DNA of 50,458 nucleotides, taken from positions 1 to 50,458 of the forward strand of contig DASZQT010000403.1 of assembly GCA_035549515.1 (NCBI GenBank). The letters are read 5' to 3'. The notes beneath the pieces are model-generated. The model made no database searches. It had not been told where the DNA came from and saw only the letters and a program-made list of their open reading frames with translations. Source of the stretch: Pseudolabrys sp. (GTDB lineage: Bacteria > Pseudomonadota > Alphaproteobacteria > Rhizobiales > Xanthobacteraceae). Below, piece by piece: positions 1-7,957 of the stretch. Position 1 is the first letter of the stretch, and each line of letters starts with the position of its first letter. The position numbers were made by a program, and so were the translations under genes.

Positions 1-1
1 G

Positions 2-868
2 GACTGCGTGCTCAAGCCGGTCGCGGTGTTCCCGGACGGCGCGCGCAAGAACGGCGTGCTGGTGATGTGCGAAGTCATGATGCCGGACGGCGTTACCCCG
101 CACCCGACCAACACGCGCGCGACCATCCTCGACGACGAGGGCGCATGGTTCGGCTTCGAGCAGGAGTACTTCTTCTACAAGGACGGCCGCCCGCTCGGCT
201 TCCCCGAGCACGGCTATCCGGCCCCGCAGGGCCCCTACTACACCGGCGTCGGCTTCAAGAACGTCGGCGCGGTCGCGCGCGAGATCGTGGAAGAGCATCT
301 CGAACTCTGCCTGGAAGCGGGCATCAACCATGAAGGCATCAACGCCGAGGTGGCGAAGGGCCAGTGGGAATTCCAGATCTTCGGCAAGGGCTCCAAGACG
401 GCTGCCGACCAGATGTGGATGGCGCGTTATCTGATGATGCGGCTGTGCGAGAAGTACGGCATCGACATCGAATGGCACTGCAAGCCGCTCGGCGACACCG
501 ACTGGAACGGCTCGGGCATGCACTCGAACTTCTCGACCAAGTACATGCGCGAGGTTGGCGGCAAGGAATATTTCGAGGCCATGATGAAGGCTTTCGAGAA
601 GAACCTCATGGATCACATCGCCGTCTACGGCCCGGATAACGACAAGCGTCTGACCGGCAAGCACGAGACCGCGCCGTGGAACAAGTTCTCCTATGGCGTG
701 GCCGACCGTGGCGCTTCGATCCGCGTCCCGCACTCGTTCGTCAAGAACGACTACAAGGGCTATCTCGAGGATCGTCGTCCGAACTCGCAAGGAGACCCCT
801 ACGCCATCGCCTCGCAGATCCTCAAGACGATCTCGGAAGTCCCGACCGGCGCCAAGGCTGCCGCTTAA
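2..868 (+). CDS. glnII: Glutamine synthetase type II (5' truncated by window edge)
   Basis: Motifs WFGFEQEY, PQGPYYTGVG, GINAEVAKGQWEFQI, DWNGSGMHSNFS, RLTGKHET and GYLEDRRP; the frame is open to the window start. Confidence 0.96.
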   Translation, partial: DCVLKPVAVFPDGARKNGVLVMCEVMMPDGVTPHPTNTRATILDDEGAWFGFEQEYFFYKDGRPLGFPEHGYPAPQGPYYTGVGFKNVGAVAREIVEEHLELCLEAGINHEGINAEVAKGQWEFQIFGKGSKTAADQMWMARYLMMRLCEKYGIDIEWHCKPLGDTDWNGSGMHSNFSTKYMREVGGKEYFEAMMKAFEKNLMDHIAVYGPDNDKRLTGKHETAPWNKFSYGVADRGASIRVPHSFVKNDYKGYLEDRRPNSQGDPYAIASQILKTISEVPTGAKAAA

Positions 869-895
869 GGCCCACCAGATTGACAAGCCAATATG

Positions 896-923
896 GGGCG
901 CTCTCTCGCGAGAGCGCCCTTTT
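896..923 (+). terminator. Rho-independent terminator of glnII
   Basis: GGGCGCTCTC-tcgc-GAGAGCGCCC perfect 10-bp stem followed by TTTT. Confidence 0.85.
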
Positions 924-981
924 CGTTTGCCGCCGGTCTCGCGGCGCTTCAGGCCGGCCGAGGTAGCGCGGCCGTCCGGGC

Positions 982-2247
982 TTAGCTGGTTATCGCCTCG
1001 ACCGTCGCCTGTGCACGCTTGCCGCCGTCGCGGCCGCGCTCCGCCGCGCTCGTGCCCGCCGGCGCGATAAGGTCATGGTCCTCCGGCTCGGATTCGGCCG
1101 CGAACAGGCGATTGCGGCCGTCGCGCTTGGCCCGATAGAGCGCGGCGTCGGCGCGCACCAGCAGCGCGCCGACTTCCATCACCGACGATTGCATCGAAGC
1201 CGCACCAATGCTCACCGTGGCTCCGATGGCGTGGCCGCCGACCGCAGCCCCGCAGGATTCCATGCCGGCCCGCACGCGCTCGCCGATGATGATCGCGACG
1301 TCGAGGCCGCCCGGTACAATGGCGGCGAATTCCTCGCCCCCGAGGCGTCCAACGATGTCGCTGGCCCGCATGCTGGTGCGCGCCACTTGCGCGAATACGC
1401 GGATGACCTCGTCGCCGATGGCATGGCCGAAACGATCGTTGATCGACTTGAAGTGGTCGAGATCGAACATCAGGACGGTCGCCGCGCCACGCCGGCGCGC
1501 CTGCGCAAGGCAGAGGTTCCTGGCGCCGTCGAGAAAAGCACGCCGGTTGAGCAGCCCGGTCAGCGCATCGGTGGAGGCCGCATCGCGCAGGAGCTGGCGG
1601 TCGCGATCCTTCACCATCAGAAGCACGATGAAGGCGGTGCCAACCGCATAAATCATGGTTTCCAGCGCGAACACGCTCAGCCACACGTCGGCATAGCGTT
1701 TCGGCAACACGGCTTGCATGACAATCGGCATCAGAAAAATGGTGGCGTGGAGAAATGGAACGACAAACGCCGCCGTCCCCGAGAAAAGCGACTTGCGACG
1801 CTCGCGCCAGAGTTCATAGGCAATGACGAAGGTATACGCGGCGACCACAAACGCGGCGACCGCAAGACGAGCCTGGCTGCCTGCCGGCAGGAAGGGTAAC
1901 TGCGAGGCCACCAGCCAACCGACCGCCCCGGCCAAGCCGCCGATCGGCAAGGCGCGGCGGCCGTGAAACACGCGCACGCCGTTCCAGATTATTCCGCAAG
2001 CGACGAATGTGAGTGCCTCCGGCAATTCCGGCGGCAGCCTTATCCACGGCGATGGCGCACCCCATAAAGCCATCGACGAGGCGCCGATGAGATAGGCCGC
2101 GCCCCACCAGGCGAGCGCGCGCGCATCGCGCTGCTGCAGCCAGGCGCAGATCAGGAACAGGCCGAGCAAGCCCGACAGGCCCACCGCCACGAAAGACAGG
2201 GTTGGGACATCGAGGGCCAAAGGCGGCCGGTCGGCGGTAGCAAACAT
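982..2247 (-). CDS. Membrane-anchored diguanylate cyclase (GGDEF domain), with RxxD I-site
   Basis: Multi-TM N-terminus; DALTGLLNRR, FDLDHFKSINDRFGH, RASD-x5-GGEEF, ADAALYRAK; start ATG 2247 chosen (ORF track starts at 2307). Confidence 0.92.
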   Translation of the reverse strand: MFATADRPPLALDVPTLSFVAVGLSGLLGLFLICAWLQQRDARALAWWGAAYLIGASSMALWGAPSPWIRLPPELPEALTFVACGIIWNGVRVFHGRRALPIGGLAGAVGWLVASQLPFLPAGSQARLAVAAFVVAAYTFVIAYELWRERRKSLFSGTAAFVVPFLHATIFLMPIVMQAVLPKRYADVWLSVFALETMIYAVGTAFIVLLMVKDRDRQLLRDAASTDALTGLLNRRAFLDGARNLCLAQARRRGAATVLMFDLDHFKSINDRFGHAIGDEVIRVFAQVARTSMRASDIVGRLGGEEFAAIVPGGLDVAIIIGERVRAGMESCGAAVGGHAIGATVSIGAASMQSSVMEVGALLVRADAALYRAKRDGRNRLFAAESEPEDHDLIAPAGTSAAERGRDGGKRAQATVEAITS

Positions 2248-2412
2248 CGCGGCTCCACAAGGACGCCGGCTTGACCCCATACGGGGATACCCGGCGACCT
2301 GCCGCACAATGCCACCACCCCCTCTGCAAAGCCTTGCAAGGTTGCGCGCGCTTCGACGAAAGACTTGCGCGAATTCAGCTAAACTTTGTGGCTTCGACGA
2401 ACTGCGCCGCTA

Positions 2413-3651
2413 TCAGGCGCGCAGCGCGACCTTACGCCAAATGCGCCGTTCCGCGAGGCCGGCGAGCGCACCAGGCCGGCGAACTTCCTCGACGCCGGCC
2501 GGGACCAGGCCCTCGACGCGGTTGCGGCCATTCGCCTTGGCGCGGTAGAGCGCTTGGTCGGCGGCCGCCAGCAGGTTCGCCACTGGCACTTTAGGATCGC
2601 AACCGAGCGTAACGCCGACGCTCACGGTCGGCTTGAGATCGTCGGCCGCATAGGATTCGGCGGCACCCGCGAAATTGCGCCGCACGCGGTCGGCAATTGC
2701 CAAGGCCTCGCCCATATCGCCGACCGGCATGACGGCGGCAAACTCCTCGCCACCGATGCGGCCGAACACGACATCGGCGCCGAGCGTGCGGCTGCCGGTG
2801 GCGGCAAAGATACGCAACACGGCGTCGCCGGTGCCGTGGCCGAGCCGGTCATTGATGGTCTTGAAGCGATCGAGATCGAACAGCAGCACGGCGAGCGGCT
2901 CGGGATCGAGGCTCTGCTGCGCGAGCAGCCGGTTTGCGCCGTCAAGGAAGGCGCGCCGGTTGGGTACCCCGCTCAAGGGATCGATCAGCGAGGCGATCTT
3001 ATGCTGCAATTCGCTGCGTTCCTTGGTCATGTTGAGCAGGAGGAACGCCAGGACCACGGTGAACAGCAGCGTGCCGAAGGCAAGCAGCGCAAACGAGACG
3101 CCGCCCATTAACAACTGGCCCTGCAACAAGGGCGACAGCAGCGTGGCCGGAATGCGCGCGAGCAGCGCGGCGGCATAAGCGAGCAGCGCGCATACCGTCG
3201 GCCAGCGCGACATCAGAGGCTCGGCGCGGCCGCGCCAGAATTCCTCCGCCGTCACCGCCGCCAGCATCGCCATCAAGGCCGACACCAGCACCACGCGCAA
3301 ATTGATGTCGTCGGCAAACGCCGGGACCGTGCAGGCAATCAGCCACAGCACCGACGGCGCCAGCACAAGGCCGGGTCGCACCGGCCGGCTGTCGAAGATG
3401 CGCGCTCCGGCCCACGTCAGCGACGTGCCGAGCAGCACCAGCGCATTGGCGATATTGACGGCGATCCAGTCGGGCATCGCGCCCTGCGTGGTAATCAGCC
3501 CGAGGCCGGCAGCGCCCACAATGAAAGCGGCGCCCCACACCATCGGCGCCCGCACCGCGCGGTTCTGCAAGCCGGCAAAGACCAGCAATGCCCCCAACAA
3601 GGCCGTGACGAAAACCGTCACCACCGACAATGTCTGGACATCAAGCCGCAT
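2413..3651 (-). CDS. Membrane-anchored diguanylate cyclase (GGDEF domain), paralog of the neighbouring gene
   Basis: Multi-TM N-terminus; DPLSGVPNRR, FDLDRFKTINDRLGH, GRIGGEEF, ADQALYRAK. Confidence 0.93.
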   Translation of the reverse strand: MRLDVQTLSVVTVFVTALLGALLVFAGLQNRAVRAPMVWGAAFIVGAAGLGLITTQGAMPDWIAVNIANALVLLGTSLTWAGARIFDSRPVRPGLVLAPSVLWLIACTVPAFADDINLRVVLVSALMAMLAAVTAEEFWRGRAEPLMSRWPTVCALLAYAAALLARIPATLLSPLLQGQLLMGGVSFALLAFGTLLFTVVLAFLLLNMTKERSELQHKIASLIDPLSGVPNRRAFLDGANRLLAQQSLDPEPLAVLLFDLDRFKTINDRLGHGTGDAVLRIFAATGSRTLGADVVFGRIGGEEFAAVMPVGDMGEALAIADRVRRNFAGAAESYAADDLKPTVSVGVTLGCDPKVPVANLLAAADQALYRAKANGRNRVEGLVPAGVEEVRRPGALAGLAERRIWRKVALRA

Positions 3652-3812
3652 CGCAGTCCCACCGAACCTTGCCCAAGCGCAAGCTAGCGGGCAGTGGTTT
3701 GATACGGGTTACCGAATACCGGATGTTGCGAGACAGCGTTGCCGGAGCGTAAACGGTTTCAATCCAATTGGACTTGAACCGGCCACCCGCCCATAAAACA
3801 AGCGGCCCAAAC

Positions 3813-3843
3813 GAAAAAGGGCGCCCCTCGCGGCGCGCCCTCT
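3813..3843 (-). terminator. Rho-independent terminator of rplM-rpsI
   Basis: Minus strand GGGCGC-g-CC-gcga-GG-g-GCGCCC-TTTTT, just downstream of the rpsI stop. Confidence 0.75.
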
Positions 3844-3870
3844 TCGAAGCGGGTGAATTGTATAGAGCGA

Positions 3871-4347
3871 TCAGCGTTTGGAGAACTGGAACGAGCGCCG
3901 CGCCTTGGCCTTGCCGTACTTCTTGCGTTCGACCACGCGCGAGTCGCGGGTGAGAAAGCCACCGCGCTTGAGCGCGCCGCGCAAATCCGGCTCGAAATTG
4001 GTGAGCGCCTTGGCCAGCCCATGACGCACCGCGCCGGCCTGGCCCGACAGTCCGCCGCCGGAGACGGTGCAGATCACATCGTATTGCCCGGCGCGATTGG
4101 CGGCCACGAGCGGCTGCTGAATCAGCATGCGCAGCACGGGCCGCGCGAAGAACACGTCCACCGTCTTGGTGTTGACCACGATCTTGCCGGAGCCGGGCTT
4201 GATCCACACGCGGGCCACCGCGTTTTTGCGCTTGCCGGTCGCATAAGCGCGGCCCTGCGCATCGAGCTTCTGCACGTAATGCGGGGCTTCCGGAGCGGCC
4301 GTCTTGAGGCTCGCCAATCCTTCCAGCGACTGTACGGTCTCGGCCAC
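3871..4347 (-). CDS. rpsI: 30S ribosomal protein S9
   Basis: [35 protein letters not shown] and C-terminal QFSKR. Confidence 0.99.
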   Translation of the reverse strand: MAETVQSLEGLASLKTAAPEAPHYVQKLDAQGRAYATGKRKNAVARVWIKPGSGKIVVNTKTVDVFFARPVLRMLIQQPLVAANRAGQYDVICTVSGGGLSGQAGAVRHGLAKALTNFEPDLRGALKRGGFLTRDSRVVERKKYGKAKARRSFQFSKR

Positions 4348-4349
4348 GA

Positions 4350-4814
4350 TCAGGCACTCCTCACATTCTTGCGGTTCATGGCGGCAACATCGAGCTTCTC
4401 GGGCTTCTGCGCCTCGTGCGGATGCTCGGGACCGGGATAGACGCGCAGATTGCCGAGTTGCACGCGACCGAGCGGGCCGCGCGGCAGCATGCGCTCGACC
4501 GCCTTTTCGACGACTCGCTCGGGGAAACGGCCTTCCATGATCGACCTTGCGGTGCGTTCCTTGATGCCGCCGATGAAGCCGGTGTGGTGATAATACACCT
4601 TCTTCTCTTTCTTGCGGCCGGTGAACACGACCTTGGCGGCGTTGACGACGATGACGTTGTCGCCGTCGTCGACATGCGGGGTGTAGGTCGGTTTATGTTT
4701 GCCGCGCAGGTGCATGGCGACGATCGAGGCAAGACGGCCGACCACGAGCCCGGTGGCGTCGATGGTCACCCATTTCTTTTCGATGTCGGCAGCCTTGGCC
4801 GAATAGGTCTTCAT
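4350..4814 (-). CDS. rplM: 50S ribosomal protein L13
   Basis: [37 protein letters not shown]; directly upstream of rpsI. Confidence 0.99.
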   Translation of the reverse strand: MKTYSAKAADIEKKWVTIDATGLVVGRLASIVAMHLRGKHKPTYTPHVDDGDNVIVVNAAKVVFTGRKKEKKVYYHHTGFIGGIKERTARSIMEGRFPERVVEKAVERMLPRGPLGRVQLGNLRVYPGPEHPHEAQKPEKLDVAAMNRKNVRSA

Positions 4815-4868
4815 GACAAATCCTTGGAAAGCTCTGCGCGCTTTTGGAGAGGCGCGTCGAAGCGATGC

Positions 4869-4897
4869 TGTCTAGCGGAGCATCCCGCTCCGGTCAA
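4869..4897 (-). promoter_or_regulatory. Putative sigma-70 promoter of rplM-rpsI
   Basis: Minus strand TTGACC-N17-TAGACA, about 55 nt upstream of the rplM start. Confidence 0.6.
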
Positions 4898-4964
4898 CGC
4901 CCGCGTCGAATAAAATAGCGTGTTATTTCAATATATTATAAGAATGGTATTTTGATACCAAGCG

Positions 4965-5399
4965 CTAAGCGCCATTGCTGGGGATCGAATAGGTCGACGT
5001 GACATGGGCGACCGGCTCCTCGGTCCCGTCCGAATAGATGGTCACCTCCCCTACCGCTAACCGTTTGCCGACTTTCAACAATTTCGCCTCCGCCAGGAGG
5101 TCCGCCTGGGCCGGCTTGCGCAAAAAGTTGATATTGAGATTGGTCGTGACGGCGAGCGGCTGCTCCCCCACGGCCGAAAAAACCGCCACGTACATCGCAA
5201 AGTCGGCCAATTCCATCATGGTCGGGCCCGATATCGTACCCCCCGGCCGCAGGTAATCGTCGGAGAAATGCCGCCGGACCCGGACGTTGGCGTAATCCAC
5301 GCGCTCGAGCACCAGTCCGCAGCCCTCATAGAACGCCTGCGGAAAGACCTCGTGCAGCAATTTGGCGATTTGGTCCGCGTTCAGTACCGGTGGCCGCAT
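4965..5399 (-). CDS. PaaI-family (hotdog fold) thioesterase
   Basis: RPGGTISGPTMMELAD, AVTTNLNINFLRK, KVGKRLAVGEV; GGGGAG RBS upstream of ATG 5399. Confidence 0.9.
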   Translation of the reverse strand: MRPPVLNADQIAKLLHEVFPQAFYEGCGLVLERVDYANVRVRRHFSDDYLRPGGTISGPTMMELADFAMYVAVFSAVGEQPLAVTTNLNINFLRKPAQADLLAEAKLLKVGKRLAVGEVTIYSDGTEEPVAHVTSTYSIPSNGA

Positions 5400-5482
5400 G
5401 GCCCGCTCCCCCCTCGCCACTCAAGTCCGGCGTCAGGCGCATAGAGGGGGCAATACGCAATTATTTCAAGGTCGGCCCGCCG

Positions 5483-5800
5483 TCAGCCTTTGCGTTCCCG
5501 GCCATAAAGCGCGCGCAGCTCGTCCTTGGCCTTTTCGAGCTTGGCCTTGCGGGTCTTGGCGAGATCCTTGCCAGCCCGGTTGATGTAGAACACCAGCATC
5601 GACATCGCCGAGCGGTAAGGATCGGACTTGCGGCGCCGGCTGCGGTCGGCCGAGCGTTTGAGCGAGGCCGCGATCGCTTTCGGGCTGTCCTTGGTAAAAA
5701 CGCCCTTTTCCAGCGTGAGCGCGTCGCTTTCCTTGGTGACGCGCTGCGACCAGCGCCGGGCCTTGCGTTTCGAAGTCGTCTTTCGCCGTCGCTTTGCCAT
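5483..5800 (-). CDS. Small basic DUF3175-like protein
   Basis: WSQRVTKESDALTLEKGVF...IAASLKRSA...YRSAMSMLVFYINRAG matches my recollection of this family; 105 aa from ATG 5800. Confidence 0.8.
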   Translation of the reverse strand: MAKRRRKTTSKRKARRWSQRVTKESDALTLEKGVFTKDSPKAIAASLKRSADRSRRRKSDPYRSAMSMLVFYINRAGKDLAKTRKAKLEKAKDELRALYGRERKG

Positions 5801-5819
5801 GCGGATGCTCCCGCCCGTC

Positions 5820-5845
5820 AATGCGAACAACCAGCCCACCGTTCC
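5820..5845 (-). promoter_or_regulatory. Putative sigma-EcfG (general stress response) promoter of the DUF3175 gene
   Basis: Minus strand GGAAC-N17-CATT ending 20 nt upstream of the ATG. Confidence 0.55.
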
Positions 5846-5914
5846 CGGACTTGCTCCCGGACTTGCCCCCGGACTTGCCCAAAGACTTGCCCAAAGACTT
5901 GCCAAAGACTTGCC
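5844..5914. repeat. Intergenic 12-bp tandem repeat, 6 units, core GACTTGC
   Basis: cccggacttgct cccggacttgcc cccggacttgcc caaagacttgcc caaagacttgcc aaagacttgcc. Confidence 0.95.
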
Positions 5915-5966
5915 TATGCGCGCCCGCGGGCGGAGTATCGCGGCCCGTAACCTGGTTTGCCATGCC

Positions 5967-6794
5967 ATGAACCTGCACCGCCCCGCATCGCCCGCGCAAA
6001 GCGCTTCACCCGTGCTCAAGCATGAACGCGATAAGGAGATCGCGATCCTCACGCTCGACCGGTCGGCCGCGCGCAACAGCCTGTCGGAAGCGCTGCTCAT
6101 GGCGCTGTCGCAGGCCTTCGGCGAGATCGCGGCCGACAACACGGTGCGCGCCGTGGTGCTGGCGGCGAACGGCCCCGCCTTCTGCGCCGGCCACGACCTG
6201 AAGGAGCTCACGTCAAGGCGCAGCGACGCCGACGGCGGCCGCGCCTACTTCAAACACATCATGACCACCTGCTCGGCCATGATGCAGAAAATCGTCAACC
6301 TGCCGCAGCCGGTGATTGCCGCAATCCAAGGCCCGGCTTCCGCCGCCGGCTGCCAATTGGTGGCGAGCTGCGACCTCGCCATCGCCTCGGAGGCCGCGAA
6401 ATTCGCGACGCCCGGCGTCGACATCGGCCTGTTCTGCTCGACGCCGATGGTGGCGCTCTCGCGCAATGTCGCGCGCAAGCACGCAATGGAAATGCTGCTC
6501 ACCGGCGACATGGTGGACGCCGAACGCGCCGCCGCGATCGGTCTCATCAATCGCGTCGTACCACCCGGTGAAGTACTCAAGGAGGCCCTCGCGCTGGCCC
6601 ACCGCATCGCCTCGAAATCGTCCTATACGCTCAAGGTCGGCAAACAAGCCTTCTATCGTCAGCTCGAACTCGGGCTGGCCGAAGCCTATGCCTATGCTTC
6701 CGAAGTGATGACCGAAAACATGATGGCCCGCGACGCCAACGAAGGCATTTGCGCCTTCATCGAGAAGCGCAAGCCGAGCTGGGAAGATCGCTGA
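5967..6794 (+). CDS. Enoyl-CoA hydratase/isomerase (crotonase) family protein
   Basis: FCAGHDLKE, PQPVIAAIQGPASAAGCQLVASCD, FATPGVDIGLFCSTP, EMLLTG; start ATG 5967. Confidence 0.93.
   Translation: MNLHRPASPAQSASPVLKHERDKEIAILTLDRSAARNSLSEALLMALSQAFGEIAADNTVRAVVLAANGPAFCAGHDLKELTSRRSDADGGRAYFKHIMTTCSAMMQKIVNLPQPVIAAIQGPASAAGCQLVASCDLAIASEAAKFATPGVDIGLFCSTPMVALSRNVARKHAMEMLLTGDMVDAERAAAIGLINRVVPPGEVLKEALALAHRIASKSSYTLKVGKQAFYRQLELGLAEAYAYASEVMTENMMARDANEGICAFIEKRKPSWEDR
6731..6794 (+). repeat. Direct repeat copy 1 (last 64 bp of the enoyl-CoA hydratase gene)
   Basis: cgacgccaacgaaggcatttgcgccttcatcgagaagcgcaagccgagctgggaagatcgctga; matches 7820-7883. Confidence 0.95.
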
Positions 6795-7111
6795 ATTTTG
6801 TCGCGCCGCTATTTTTTTCAGCGGCACATTCTTCGGGCTTGAATCTTTAGGGCTTGAATCGCGAGTTCCGAGGGGAACCGGCGTCACATCAATGCGCGCA
6901 ATGGTTGCTTGCACAACCATAAAATGCTACCGTGAATTGCGCATTGGGGACCGGTCTATTTCCGCGAACGGGGCCGAATGCGAACGGCGCTGCGGCGCTG
7001 CTCCATTCCGGAACCGAACCTTCGGCCGTGGAGCCAATCACAAGCGGCCAACAGGAGCGGGAATTAAAACATCCAACTTTGGCTGATTTGCACGGCCGAT
7101 CCCCGACGCGA

Positions 7112-7147
7112 TCTGCATCAAATTCAGCATCACATTCAGCATCACAT
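7112..7147. repeat. 12-bp tandem repeat, 3 units, just upstream of the RBS of the secreted protein gene
   Basis: tctgcatcaaat tcagcatcacat tcagcatcacat. Confidence 0.85.
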
Positions 7148-7157
7148 GGGGGCAACC

Positions 7158-7712
7158 ATGAAACTCACGACGTGTCTTGCTGCGCTGACGACTGCTTTTT
7201 CGCTTTCGACCTCGCAGGCGATCGCCCAGAATTATGGACCTTCGCCCGGTGCCACCACCACGACCTGGCTCAAGGCGCAGGTCTTCTCCGACGCGGCCAT
7301 CAAGGCTGCCGCGGCGGCGCCCGGTCCGGTCTGGAGCGGAATGCTCACGTTCAAAACCGTGACCAGCCAATGTCATACGGCAGCGAGCTCATTCTCCGTC
7401 GGCGCCAAGCGCATGGCCTATGTGCGGCCGTTCTCCAGCGGCAGCGTGTCACCGGCGTTTTCAATCGTATTTCCAGACGGCGCTTTTATCGGCGTGCCGA
7501 AAAACACCACGCAATACGGCACCGTCGCCATCACCAAAGTCGCGTGGCTCTATTCGTCCCCGACCAATACCAACCCTTACAGCTTCAAGACGGTGCCAAC
7601 CACGATTAGCAAAAACACAGGGCAATTCACGATCGACGCGACGCTGAGCTATTTTTACGCGATCGCGGGCTGCACCGTCACCGTGCACGGCGTCCTCAAG
7701 AAAGTGAAATAG
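7158..7712 (+). CDS. Hypothetical secreted protein (184 aa, Ser/Thr-rich, probably beta-rich)
   Basis: GGGGG RBS; Sec-type signal MKLTTCLAALTTAFSLSTSQAIA; two Cys in the mature part; no family recognised. Confidence 0.8.
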   Translation: MKLTTCLAALTTAFSLSTSQAIAQNYGPSPGATTTTWLKAQVFSDAAIKAAAAAPGPVWSGMLTFKTVTSQCHTAASSFSVGAKRMAYVRPFSSGSVSPAFSIVFPDGAFIGVPKNTTQYGTVAITKVAWLYSSPTNTNPYSFKTVPTTISKNTGQFTIDATLSYFYAIAGCTVTVHGVLKKVK

Positions 7713-7819
7713 GGACGGTCGGGCTTGGTCCGGAGTCCGTCGCGCATGGGCTCCGGATCGTATCGGCAGCGCGAGCCCGTACTTTGGGGTGGCATCGAAA
7801 GCCGGGGCGCGACGCCCGC

Positions 7820-7883
7820 CGACGCCAACGAAGGCATTTGCGCGTTCATCGAGAAGCGCAAGCCGAGCTGGCAGGACTGCTAG
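7820..7883 (+). repeat. Direct repeat copy 2 (orphan duplicate of the enoyl-CoA hydratase 3' end)
   Basis: 51/52 nt identical to 6731-6782, then diverged but still in frame to a stop: DANEGICAFIEKRKPSWQDC*. Confidence 0.95.
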
Positions 7884-7906
7884 GGGCAGAACGCAAAGCC
7901 ACGCCG

Positions 7907-7931
7907 GGAACAATCGGGCCCTAACGGTGTT
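7907..7931 (+). promoter_or_regulatory. Possible sigma-EcfG promoter of the cytochrome c/2Fe-2S/Mo-enzyme operon
   Basis: GGAAC-N16-TGTT ending 27 nt upstream of ATG 7958. Confidence 0.45.
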
Positions 7932-7957
7932 TTGCACAGGCCGGATTGGAACCATCC

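Noticed and set aside
4921-4950. Possible dif (XerCD) site in the AT-rich stretch
   Set aside because: It lacks recognisable XerC (..GCATAA) and XerD (TTATG..) arms around a 6-bp core.
5844-5914. Possible CRISPR array or plasmid iterons
   Set aside because: Units are 12 bp with no unique spacers, and there is no cas or rep gene in the window.
5628-5966. N-terminal extension of the enoyl-CoA hydratase containing PGLA/QRLA repeats
   Set aside because: It overlaps the DUF3175 gene on the opposite strand and simply translates the intergenic tandem repeat; the crotonase fold starts after 5967.
7727-7759. Hairpin after the cassette gene as an integron attC site
   Set aside because: No RYYYAAC/GTTRRRY ends and no integron integrase; more likely a terminator or stabilising stem.
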